Source: Raja brachyura (Eukaryota). From it: a DNA stretch of 64,000 bases. Location: assembly GCA_963514005.1 (NCBI GenBank), contig OY740782.1, positions 85,808,001 through 85,872,000 of the forward strand. The letters run 5' to 3'. The first letter of the stretch is position 1. Every line of letters begins with the position of its first letter. The translations under genes and the position numbers were made by a program. Below, piece by piece: positions 36,540 to 48,338 of the stretch. The notes under the pieces were generated by a model. It saw nothing but the letters and a program-made list of their open reading frames with translations. It had not been told where the DNA came from and did not search any database.

Positions 36540-38155
36540 CGTAGCCCCCCTCGGTCATGACTGACCATGGGTGATGCATCCTAGTTGTTGGCTGCTTGCT
36601 CCAAACCTTGACTGGAGAAGCGTCGCTTATGGCTCAGGAGACCAATACAGGATTGACAGTCCCTGTGGCAAATGTCACATTTGTGTGTAGTCTCTAGTTT
36701 GTTGAAGTTGCTGCACTCCTTTCTGAGTGCCCGCTTGTCTGCCGCTGCATTAAACAGTTTCTCTTCCACCGTTTTGAGATGTTGGTTCAGGGTACCTCTC
36801 TACCTCATGCGGTCAGCTGCAAGGCTCTCCCAGGACTCCACATCTACGCTACCTGAGTAGAGTGTACGTACTGGGAAGGCCAGCGCGAGACAGGATCTTG
36901 CCGTTGGACACTCTGTCTTGCCAGGATATGCCCAGGATACGGCGGATGCTTCTCAGGTGGAAGATGTTGAGCCTTCTCTCCTGTCTGGCATATGTAGTCC
37001 ATGTCTCACTGCCGTACAGCTGCGTGCTGTTGACACAGGCGTTGTAGACTGCTATCATTGTCTTCACTGTCAGCTTTGGGTTGGTCCACACTCGAGTTGT
37101 GGGGCGAGCGAGAGTTGTAGCTGCCTTCCCGATCCTCTTATCAATTTCTGTGTCCAAGGAGAGGTTGTTGGTGATGGTGGAGCCGAGGTACGTGAACTGA
37201 TGGACGGTATCAAGTTCGTAGTCATCGATGGTGATGACAGGCAGTTCCTCTGTATCCTGCCCCAGGACAGTCAACTTCTTCAGGCCAATGGTCAGCCCGA
37301 AGTCCTTGCATGCCCGATAGAAGCGATCCATCAGTGACTAGTTCCTGCCGGGTGTGGGACACAACACAACAACCTGTCTCTGATGAGAGCTTCACGTACT
37401 TTTGTCTTTGCTCTGAGGCGGGTGAGGTTGAAGAGCCTGCCATCTGATCTAGTACACAGGTAGATCCCCTCTGTTACATTGACGAAGGCATGTTTCAGGA
37501 GCAGAGCAAAGAAAATCCCAAAGAGTGTGGAAGCGAGGACGCCTTGTTTGACGCCTTGTTTGACGCCACTGCGGATGTCGAAGGGCTCAGAGAAGCTGCC
37601 ATTGAACTGCACTGTCCCCTTCATGTTGATGTGGAAGGATTCTATCATGCTCTGCAGTTTTGGTGGGCAGCCGATCTTTGGCAGGGCCTTAAATAGGTCA
37701 TCACTGCTGACAAGGTCGAAAGCCTTGGTGAGGTCAATTAAACCAACATACAGGGGCATACGCTGTTCTCTGCACTTCTCCTGGCGCTGGCGAAGGAAGA
37801 AGACCATGTCTACTGTTGACTTTACAGCTCGGAAACTGCACTGTGACTCTGGGTAGACATGATCTGCCAGCTTTTGCAGGCGGATCAAGATGACACGAGC
37901 AAAGACCATGCCGACGATGTTGAGGAGGAAGATGCCTCTGTAGTTGTTGCATTCGCTTCTCTTGCCCTTGTTCTTGTAGAGGATAATGATCATGACATCC
38001 CTCATGTCCTGTGGTACAGCTCCTTCTTGCCTGCACTGGCAGAGGACTTCATACGAAGGAAGCAGTAAGGTAGTCTTGCAATGGTTGATCAGGTCAGGGG
38101 GTATCCCGTCACTGCCTGGGGCCTTGCCTGAGGCAAGGCTGTCAATTGCTGAGCT
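36540..38155 (-). mobile_element. 5'-truncated RTE-clade LINE with 36-bp TSD
   Basis: KAPGSDGIP, CNNYRGI, DLTKAFD, GVKQG, FTYLGS, YGSETWT and C-terminal CDIC..C..IGLLSH. Duplication at 36504-36539 and 38165-38200. Confidence 0.93.
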
Positions 38156-40020
38156 CTTTTTTATAATAGTGTGCAATGATATTGATGAAAGGTTCCTGGT
38201 AATCCTGGAGGAACTGTGTAAATACTGTTGATGTAGCTTCTCTGGGTTTCTCACATCTTTCTTTTCAGTCATTGTGAACACTTAGCGAGGTGCCAGCAGA
38301 TATTACTGGTGGCAGATTTTTATTCCATGCAGTGCTACCTCCCTGACTTCTCTTCATTCCCACATTCCCTTTAAAAACTGACTGAAGACTGAAGACCGTG
38401 GTAAAGCCTTCCAACTCTACTGCAAACTTTGTCTATAAAAGGCTGGCATCCATTCTTTTAGTCTGTCAATTATCATCTGATGTTCTATCACATTACACAT
38501 TAGCTATGAACGCAAGTTGTTGTCTCTCTTATTACATAAAATGCAAAACTGGACGAGATCAGCATGCTGAGCGAACATACCCTTGTGGTTTAAATTATGT
38601 GCATGAATTACTCAAACTTCCTCTGTGGGCAAAGCCCTTACTTGTGTTAAATGATTAGTAACTGACGTCATCCAAAATCTGTGAGTTGGAAATTGGTAAA
38701 AACAACCATCTACAATTCACCATTCATTTTCCAGCATAGACAGAACTGGCTTTAAATCTTACAAAAAGATGTTGTTCTTTTGTAATACAAAGGCTGGTTT
38801 ATGTTTTTAAGTCTTTGAAGCAGGACTTGCTATTCGAATAGCAGCACTACCACAATGGTTCGAAACGAAAATGAGCAATGCCAAGCTGGAGTTAATAAAG
38901 GGATTCTCTCCATTGAATCCTTTGGATCTATGAACTTTGAAGTTACTCAATTTTTAATGTTAAAAATGTGTTATAGGTCATTTGGATATTGTTCGTACGT
39001 TCATAAAATGGTTTCATCAGGGATTCCCTGTTTAGCATCATGCTGAGGTTGATATTATCAGTTGCAGTGCAGTGTTCCCTCTCGACACGTTACTTGCTTC
39101 TGTCCCTAGCATGTTGCCCAGTGGGTGTGATCTTTGCAGTCAATACTGAAAGGGGACATGCCACGATACAAAGCCACATTCTTCCTGCTTCATGGAAGTG
39201 TTGCCACGCACTGACAGATGGAAGAGTGTCCTCAAGATAGTCAGGGGGACCTGAACATACTGGTGAGGGTCAGTTCTAGATGGAGACACGTGCTTTGCGC
39301 AAGGTGTCACTGGAAACTGTCTTCACCTACAGCTAGGGTCTCCTGCCAGGAGGTTGACAGACACCTCTATAATATTTGTGAATGGCTGCCTCTTTCCTTG
39401 TGATTGGAGTCTGGGCGACATCCGTACAGAAGCAGTGAACAGTAAACTGAAAGATGTGGCAGAGATTAGCAGCCTGAAATTATCCTGAGGTTAGGATCCT
39501 TACAGCCACCTGCTTTGTTTACGATCTCATTACCACTGTGACAAGAACACCCATGTTAGGCATAAGGCTCTGTGGGCACAATCTCTCTGGTTATCAATCA
39601 TGTTGTTTTAGTAGAACTCCTTTGACATTCACATATATTCACAATCAGTTAAATTCTGTCAAAAATGTAAATATCTTTAAAAAAATTACTTTTTAAAATA
39701 TTGATTTAATTAATAAAACTTAGAACTGCAAACATTTAAGCTGTAATCAAATAAAATCCTTAATTTACCTTTCTTCCATCAGCTGGATTATCCCATTGAT
39801 GTCAGGCTCACTGTATGGACCATGGGTTAACATGCAGCGGGTTGAGTGAGCTGACTTCCAGCTGAGGGCTGTGAATTCTACAGACAACTGGACCCATCCT
39901 ATGAGAAAGCTACTGAGAAGTGTGGTTCAGATTGTGGCATGCTGAGGAAAAGGCTGTGTGATGGCATACTCAGGACTTCTCCAGTTATCAACATTATCAT
40001 AGGACATAAAGAATACAGTG

Positions 40021-40132
40021 AAGACACAAGAAAGTGCAGATGCTGGAATCTTGAGTAAAAAAAACAAAGTGCTCGAGGAACTCAGCAGGTCAGATAGCGC
40101 CTGCAGTTGGTTTTTCCCCAGCACTTTGTTTA
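40021..40132. mobile_element. Penelope-type repeat fragment with short inversion
   Basis: gtgcagatgctggaatcttgag..acaaagtgctcgaggaactcagc and inverted ccagcactttgt. Confidence 0.6.
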
Positions 40133-40454
40133 TTGCTCACAGAACAATACAGCACAAGAACAGGCTCTTCAGCCCACAATGTCTATGCCGAACATGAGGT
40201 ATACTTAAACTTCTCCGTTCTATTTGCATGTGACCAACGTCCCTCCATTCCCTGCATATTTATGTGTCTACCCAAAAGCCTCTTAAGCACCAGTATTGTA
40301 TCTCTTCCACCACAACTATCTAAACCACTGTACCATGCAAGTTTCCTCCTGCCTCTATCTCATTTAGTCATAAGTCACAGTCATAGAGTCGGGAAACAGG
40401 CTCTTCAGTTCAACTTGTCCATTTCAGCCTTGCAAGGAAGGAAGTTCTATGTCG

Positions 40455-40668
40455 GCAAAGGATGCAGAGAAGATTTACGAGGATGTTGCCAGGACCCGAG
40501 GGCCTGAGCTATAGGGAGAGGTTGAGCAGGCTAGAACTCTATTCCTTGGAGCACAGGAGGACGACAGCTGATCTTATAGAGGTGTACAAAATCATGAGAA
40601 GAAAAGATTGGGGAGACGTACAGTTTCTTGCCCAGAGTAGGGGAATCAAGAGCCAGAGGACATAGTTC
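40455..40668 (+). mobile_element. CR1 LINE fragment
   Basis: QRRFTRMLPG..LSYRERLSRL.LYSLE..DLIEVYKIM. Confidence 0.8.
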
Positions 40669-40952
40669 AAGTCAAGTCAAGTCAACTTTATTTGTCACAT
40701 ACACACACAAGATGTACAGTGAAATGAAAGTGGAAATGCCTGCGGGAATGTGCAAAACAACAGAACAACAGAACAGAACATAAACCGGTATTTCCAATTT
40801 AAAAAAAGACACAACAGTAATTACTCCCTGGGGAGATCGGAGTTTACAGTTCTGATGGCCTGTGGGAAGAAACTCCATCTTATCCTCTCTGTTTTTGCAG
40901 CTTGACAGCGGAGGCGCTTGCCTGAGCGTAGCAGCTGGAACAGTCCATTGCT
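40667..40952 (-). mobile_element. Rex1-like LINE 3' end
   Basis: (caagt)n tail, tttatttgtcacatac and ctgatggcctgtgggaagaaactc. Confidence 0.7.
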
Positions 40953-41504
40953 ATGACTCTATATCTCAGCGATAAGTATATCAGAACATGGGAGCATCCT
41001 TCCACTGACAAGCTTACCCAACCATTCAATATGACTATGGCCTCCTCACCTCTTTTGAACCACTTCCACTTAGCCCTCGATTAACTAGTTGTTCAAAAGC
41101 CTTTAAATACTCAGGCCTCTACGGTCCTCTGGGGAAGAGAATTCCAGAGATTCACCACCTGTCGGCAGAAGTCTGCTCCCTAGACCATACTGAAAGAAAC
41201 AGTGTCATCCAGTATTCAGGCAGCAAATGAACCAAGAATAATGGAAGGTCTGTAGAGAGTCAAAATGTTGTGTACAAACGTTGTTATTATTAATAAGACA
41301 TTACAGGTTTGGCACACATGCGAGTACACTCTAACATAAAGTCATTGTTGCTGCTGTTGAGTGAGGTTGTTGACTTGAACTCTCGAGCAAAGTTTCTGCT
41401 GTAATTGTAGGGCACACCCCTTAACTGATGATGTTCTCTTCCTGCCAAATGCAGTCACTTGACTGTTCCAGTTCTGGTGATGAGGGTTCGATCAGTAAAT
41501 GACT

Positions 41505-41523
41505 TGACCACCAGGTGGCACCA
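41505..41523 (+). promoter_or_regulatory. Candidate CTCF-binding site
   Basis: tgaccaccaggtggcacca matches the core consensus CCASYAGRKGGCRS; located outside recognisable repeats. Confidence 0.55.
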
Positions 41524-42812
41524 CAGTGAATGGCATATGTACACTCAAAAATCATTTGGTCGTTCGCTCGTGTGTCAGACGATGTAGCTTGCTGTTGGCT
41601 TCTGTCGTTGTCCAACATGTTGACAGAATTGTTGCGCGACGCGTCACAGAGTGCATCGTGTCGTTGCTTCCAGAGATCGCCACGAGGAGGCTTCTGTCAT
41701 GATCCCCAAAAATAATAAAGGAGTATAAGTTTATGCTGTTAGGGTTGTGGTCAGAGAGGTTCTGTTGGAGTAAATGTGTTGTCAGTTGGAACAAATGTGT
41801 CATATATTCCGTGCTGTTGAATGCAGAAGTGCACTGATGTTTACTATCATAAAAGACTTACTGCTAATTCTCTTGTGTCAGATTGCTGAACTGCAAATGG
41901 ACTCTTGGGGTCCAGTGTTACAGAGACATTAATCAACATCCCAGACCTCATGTGCCAAATTATTGCCAATGTCACTGGAAACTCCACTCTTTCAAGTTGA
42001 AAACTGTCTTGTTTGCATCCTGGAGTAAAATTAATAAACTAACCCAGGATGTCAGTTTACTCAACTGAACTGTGCAATGGTCTGCAAAGTGAAAGAAATG
42101 CTGAAGGTTTCATGGCACCTCAGAACAATTGTCAATATCAAATCCACTGAGAGCAGTTCAAAGGGTGACGGCACCAAGTTAATTCCATATTGAAATAATT
42201 ATTTGTTTTTATTAAAATATCCAATGATTTATTACACCATTTGTTCACCTGACAGCAAATGGAAAGCTGGAAGGTTAATGATTGGGGCCAGTGATCCTAA
42301 AACAGATGGGAATTGTACTAAAAAAAATGAATGGCAGATGTTACAATTAAAGCAAAAACACAACAAAATACATCCATAAGGTTATTTCATACAAATTGTA
42401 AGCAAAAATCATTTTAGGTGGCATTTTATGTCCAACTCTGCTGCTGTGGAAATAAACAGTTGAAGTGAGGAAATGGCAGCGGAATGCATTAGAGGAAAAT
42501 TTGTCTCATATTGGCCAACAAATCTGTGCTGGCAAAATGTGTTTGAAACTATGAGCTGCTACAACAGCAGGAGGTTTATAAATAGATACACATGGTATTG
42601 ACTGGTCTGGTTGCTCACAGATATGCAGATTGGAGAGGTCAAGATGTGGAATGATGTGGAGAAGAAAAGGATTTTTTCAGTAAATTGTTCTGGAAGAGAG
42701 CAGGGACAGGACCATCTGTTTCAAAGACTGAAGGTCAACAAACAATAGATGAAAATGGTTTTCCACCAATTGTACTTCAAAAACACCAAAGTTAACATTT
42801 GTTACCTTTGAA

Positions 42813-42813
<1 letters not shown>

Positions 42814-42850
<37 letters not shown>
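42814..42850. repeat. (TA)n microsatellite
   Basis: Directly visible. Confidence 0.95.
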
Positions 42851-42852
<2 letters not shown>

Positions 42853-43496
42853 GTTTTTTTCCACAGGGTTTGTTTTCCTCGTGTGTGAGTAGATTGTGGC
42901 CTGTTTGTGGTTGACTCCTCCTACACTGAAGGGAAAGTAATGACGTCTGGTCAAAAGACCCAAAGCCTAATAATAATTCTGATGTTGTACACATTCGTTG
43001 CCATAGAGACCAAAGGAAACCAACCATTAACTGGCATCAAATTGTTGGTAACCATTGAAGTGAAATAACAGACCATAACATTTCCACTTAGCATTCCTCT
43101 GTCTTCTATTTAACTGTCACAACAAAATGTACAACTACCTGCATCATGTAGAAAGGAGGCTTTCTGGGATCAACAAATTATTATTTTTTAAACTTCATAC
43201 AGTGGAAATCGGATATCAATCCATCTCACCATCTGCTTTGAAATTTAAAATGATCAGTTTTATCTCTCCTTCACAGTTCTAACATAAAGTATTTGACCTA
43301 AAATGTTAACTCTATTTCTCTTTCCTCAGATGCTGCCTGACCTACCGAGTGTTTCCATTCCTGGATCCATCTGCTGCTTTGTGGAGGTTTGGTGAAATGG
43401 CCACTATGGAAATACTGAAGGAGGATTTGTACTGTCAAAATTGGTACTTCAAAAAGTGAAAATAGAAAAACATTTCAAACCTGATCCCAACTTGCT

Positions 43497-45118
43497 TAGA
43501 AACATAGAAATTTAGAAAATAGGTGCAGGAGTAGGCCATTCGGCCCTTCGAGCCTGCACCGCCATTCAATATGATCATGGCTGATCATCCAACTCAGTAT
43601 CCTGTACCTGCCTTCTCTCCATACCTCCTGATCCTTTTACCCACAAGGGCCACATCTAACACACTCTTAAATATAGCCAATGAACTGGCTTCAACTACCT
43701 TCTGTGGCAGAGGATTCCTGAGATTCACCACTCTCTGTGTGAAAAATGTTTTCCTCATCTCGGTCCTAAAGGAATTCCCCTTATCCTTAGACTGTGACCC
43801 CTTGTTCTGGACCTCCCCAACATCGGGAACAATCTTCCTGCATCTAGCCTGTCCAACCCCTTAAGAATTTTGTAAGTTTCTATAAGATCCCCCCTCAGTC
43901 TTCTAAATTCTAGCGAGTACAAGCCGAGTCTATCCAGTCTTTCCTCATATGAAAGTCCTGACATCCCAGGAATCAGTCAGGTGAACCTTCTCTGTACCCC
44001 CTCTATGGCAAGAATGTCTTTCCTCACATTTGGAGACCAAAACTGTACGCAATACTCCAGGTGTTGTCTCACCCAAACCCTGTACAACTGCAGTAGAACC
44101 TCCCTGCTCCTATACTCAAATCCTTTTGATATGAATGCTAACATACCATTTGCTTTCTTCACTGCCTGCTGCACCTGCATGCCTACTTTCAATGATTGGT
44201 GTACCATGACACCCAGGTCTCGTTGCATCTCCCCTTTTCCTAATCTGCCACCATTCAGATAATAGTCAACCCTCCTGTTTTTGCGACCAAAGTGGATAAC
44301 CTCACATTTATCCACATTATAATGCATCTGCCATGCATTTTCCCACTCACCCAGCCTATCCAAGTCACCTTGCAGCCTCCTAGCGTCCTCCTCACACCTA
44401 ACACTACCCCCCCAGCTTAGTGTCATCCGCAAACTTGGAGATGTTGCATTCAATTCCCTTGTCCAAATCATTAATATATATTGTAAATAGCTGGGGTCCC
44501 AGCATTGAGCCTTGCGGTACCCCACTAGTCACTGCCTGCCATTCTGAAAAGGACCCGTTTGCTCCTACGCTTTGCTTCCTGTCTGCCAAAAATTCTATAA
44601 GATTCGTTAGACCTGATTTACCATTCGGAAATCCAAGCTGACTTTGTCCAATGATTTCACCACTTTCCAAATGTGCTGCTATCCCATCTTTAATAACTGA
44701 CTCTAGCAGTTTCCCCACTACCGATGTTAGACTAACTGGTCTGTAATTCCCTGTTTTCTCTCTCCCTCCTTTTTTAAAAAGTGGGGTTACATAGCTAACC
44801 TGGATTTCACTCAGTTCCTCCATCTTATTTGACCCCCGGTCCACTGCTATTTCCGGCAGATTATTTATGTCTTCCTTAGTGAAGACAGAACCAAAGTAGT
44901 TATTCAATTGGTCTGCCATGTCCTTGTTCCCCATGATCAATTCACCTGTTTCTGACTGCAAGGGATCTACATTTGTTTTAACTAATCTTTTTCTTTTCAT
45001 ATATCTATAAAAACTTTTGCAGTCAGTTTTTATGTTCCCTGCCAGTTTCCTTTCGTAATCTGTTTTCCCTTTCCTAATTAAGCCCTTTGTCCTCCTCTGC
45101 TGGACTCTGAATTTCTCC
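43497..45118 (-). mobile_element. 5'-truncated CR1 LINE, same family as 3231-5595, with two internal deletions
   Basis: Near-identical peptides ([44 protein letters not shown]) and tttctatg-type tail at 43497-43520. Confidence 0.94.
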
Positions 45119-46371
45119 TTTTACTCATACAATTATGTTGACAAGTGGCCCCTTTTGATTTTTGCCCTGGATTTGTCTGCCTGCCATTATTAATTTTCAC
45201 CTTGCTACCGATTGCTTCTACCCTCATTTTATACCCCTCTTTCTCTCTGCCCACACATTTAAGAAACCCACCACCTCTTATTCTCTGTTTATTATTTTTT
45301 TCTTCTATCCCTCCTACATGTTGGGTCTGAGTGCTTCCCTTCTCTGCCTCCTGCCTCAGACCATGTCTACTAGCTTTCTCTGCTAGTAGACATCTTGCTT
45401 TAGATTTTATTGAAGACAAGGCAGGCAACCTGCTCTCTGAGGGCTGGCTCCTAATTACACATTTTAAGGAGGGAACATTGCACCAATGTTTTACCAATTC
45501 CATTTGAATGTAATAGCTAGCTGGACACTCAGTCTGCTGCATGTAAGTATTCAAGTCTTCTTCCACTAAGAGGAACAGAAATCTGCCGTGGTTTTGCAAC
45601 TTAAAGGCGGCATGGAAGAACAGAATTTAGCAAGAAACCAAGAAACCATGGTTAGATGAATGCAAAAGGCTGGAAGCTTAATAGTAATGCCATGGAAATC
45701 ACAAAGCTTTGGTCCCTCCATTCAGTTTCCGTAATTGCAGTGAATTATGACAAAAAGCTAGTTTAATATTGCAAATATTGGGATCTACAGGGTGTACATG
45801 TCTCCCAGGCAAGGAAACAAATGGCACAGCAACCTAGAAGGTGATGTGAATACAACAGAAGGAAATGAAGTCATGGAAGAGTGCATGCTAAATGGTACTT
45901 ACACTGCAGGTGGTGACAGAAGATTTGTGAATTTAAAACTACCATTAAGATAAATGTGCAGCTTCTTGTAATGAATATTGATAGTGCAGTAGATTGCTCA
46001 GTAATGGGGCAGGACAGTCACACCTTTATACTAGTCCCGTTAACTAAGAGCAATGTTCTATTGTGCACATTCTCTGCGGAATCACTGAAAATATTGGGAG
46101 AGATAAGGTACACAGTTGCTCAGGATGGGGAGAATCAAGTTGCTGATTACCAGCTAAGCACATCCAGTGACTTATAGTGCTGGATAGGGACTAAGTCAGA
46201 GTACATGGGACCAACAGATTCCATTTGAGCTCTTCACTAGATGGAGTGGAAAAATACGACAAGCGTGCTTTCTTTGTTTTACGTCTTGTTTGGTGAAGAT
46301 GGGAAAGGATACAGGGATTAAAAGAACCAAACTGAAAGTGCTTGGGAGGGTCAGAAGTGAAACCATGAGTA

Positions 46372-46497
46372 AGCAACAGGAGAGGGCATGGTAGACAGGA
46401 ACGGGGTACTGATTGTGGATCATATTGAATGGCGGTGCTGGCTCGAAGGGCCGAATGGCCTACTGCTGCACCTATTGTCTATGCCTATTGTCTATTG
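46372..46497 (+). mobile_element. CR1 3'UTR fragment
   Basis: gatcatattgaatggcggtgctggctcgaagggccgaatggcctact and (ctattgt)n tail. Confidence 0.8.
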
Positions 46498-46826
46498 ACA
46501 CAAAGCAAAATTCTGCAAGTACAAACAAGGCAAACAACCTAAACAAGTGGCTCACCTGGATAATGAAGTAGATGTGAATACAGCAAAAGAGCTAGTTCAT
46601 AAACATATTACTTAGACCAGCTAGCTTGAGTTACAGGGAGAAAGTGAACAAGCTGGATATTTTTGTTTGGAACGTAGGATGCTGGGGGTGTCTTTATTAA
46701 ATGCACAAGATTATGAAGGTTCTGGATACAGTGAACACGCATAGTCTTTTTCTGAGAGTAGATTATTTTTGACTGTAGAATGACTTTTCTGGGTCATTTT
46801 TCCTCCCATTACTGTATGTTATGAGG

Positions 46827-47046
46827 GTACACAAAAGGCTGGAGAAACACAGCGGGTGCAGCAGCATCTAAGGTGCGAAGGAGATAGGCGACTTTCGGGT
46901 TGAGACCCTTCTTCAAAGGAGAAGAAGGGTCTCGACACGAAACGTTGCCTATCTCCTTCGCTCCTTAGATACTGCTGCACCCGCTGAGTTTCTCCAGCCT
47001 TTTGTTCTACCCTCGATTCTCCAGCATTTGCAGTTCTGACTTTAAC
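46827..47046. mobile_element. Penelope-type fold-back insertion with 16-bp TSD and two back-to-back hammerhead-like motifs
   Basis: TSD actgtatgttatgagg at 46811-46826 and 47047-47062. 46823-46914 is the near reverse complement of 46921-47014. Confidence 0.87.
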
Positions 47047-48133
47047 ACTGTATGTTATGAGGCTGCCTCTTTGATTAATGAAAACCCTTTCCTTCAGCCA
47101 AGTAAGTGTGCAGTGAGATTTGTGAGAAAAGGACAAATATTCCTGGAATGCAAATGTTTAGTTAAAAGACGAGCTTAAGTTAAACATTTAAATACACGGT
47201 ATGATGTGCTTGGAATGACAAAATAAGTTTCAGTAGTGAGAATATTTTGTTTCTAACCTTGTGGAAAAGGGCTCAGTTTTCTTCCGTGAAGCTAATTATA
47301 CTGGCCTGATGATGCAGTTATGAATGTTGATTGTAAATCATATCGCAGTGTACAGCAAAAACAGAAAATTACCTGGCTAAGAGCAACATTTATCACCTTG
47401 TATCAGCAGCAGTCTAAGGATCACAAAAATGTTTTAAGACACTCAGCCGAATAGATCATTTTATAACTTCTAATAAAGCAATTGATCAGCTTAATTGCCA
47501 CTCATTCATTTCCTGCAGCTTCAGAGCAAACAGCTGTTCTTGCTCAATAATCCTTTTGACATTAGATATTATTGAAAGGGGGAAAATCTATATGCTATGA
47601 TAAATATGACCAGCAATTAAATGTTTTCAATATTTCGAATAGATGAATAATTTAGCCACTGCTGAAACAAATTCTGTGCATCAACAGAAATATGATAAAG
47701 GAGCTGTTTAAAATTCAGTGATCTGCATCCTAATGGAGCAGTCATGTGCAAGATTAGCAGATGGCTCTTCAGATTTTGAAGAATTGCTAAATTATTGCAA
47801 ATCAAGGAAATAAAACTGCTTAAAAAAAAGGATATTGAGAAGGTAGCAACAAGCCTGTATTGCAGCCAAAGACTTAGATCATGTCATAAATGCCATACTT
47901 AAATTGGATTATGATATCCAATTCTCTCCATAATTCCTGGTCTCCTCCATAATCTATTCACAGAAAATAGCAGTTGAGGAGTGATAGGTTGAGTGGGAAA
48001 GCCACTGAAGGTTATGAAGCCGTCAAACTTGGCACAAATATTTTATTTTGTCACTGATGCGTTTTTTTGTACCACACAACTTCATGATTCAGGTTTTAAA
48101 AATAATAATGGCTCCTTGTTGATGTAATTTTAA

Positions 48134-48338
48134 AGGGCCTGTCCCACTTTCACGACCTCTGCCGAGTTTGCCCTCGACTTATACTTGCAACATGGTCGTC
48201 ACGAGGTCGTAGGTATGTCGTGATGCTAGTCATAGGTACTCGTGGCATCAAGTAGATCGGGGCGTTTTTCCAGCCTGATGAAAAATGTCCACGAGTAAAA
48301 AAGGTCGTGAATTAGGTCATGAAAGTGGGACAGGCCCT
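48134..48338. mobile_element. PIF/Harbinger MITE, 205 bp
   Basis: Perfect 19-bp TIR agggcctgtcccactttca / tgaaagtgggacaggccct with TAA TSD (48131-48133, 48339-48341). Confidence 0.93.

Noticed and set aside
39120-39420. Possible Gypsy integrase C-terminal remnant (PPDYLED-like on minus)
   Set aside because: A single short motif without LTR or other domains; too weak to call.
45078-45599. 173-aa minus-strand ORF next to the CR1 5' end
   Set aside because: Non-ATG start, low-complexity flank fused to CR1 sequence, no recognisable domain.
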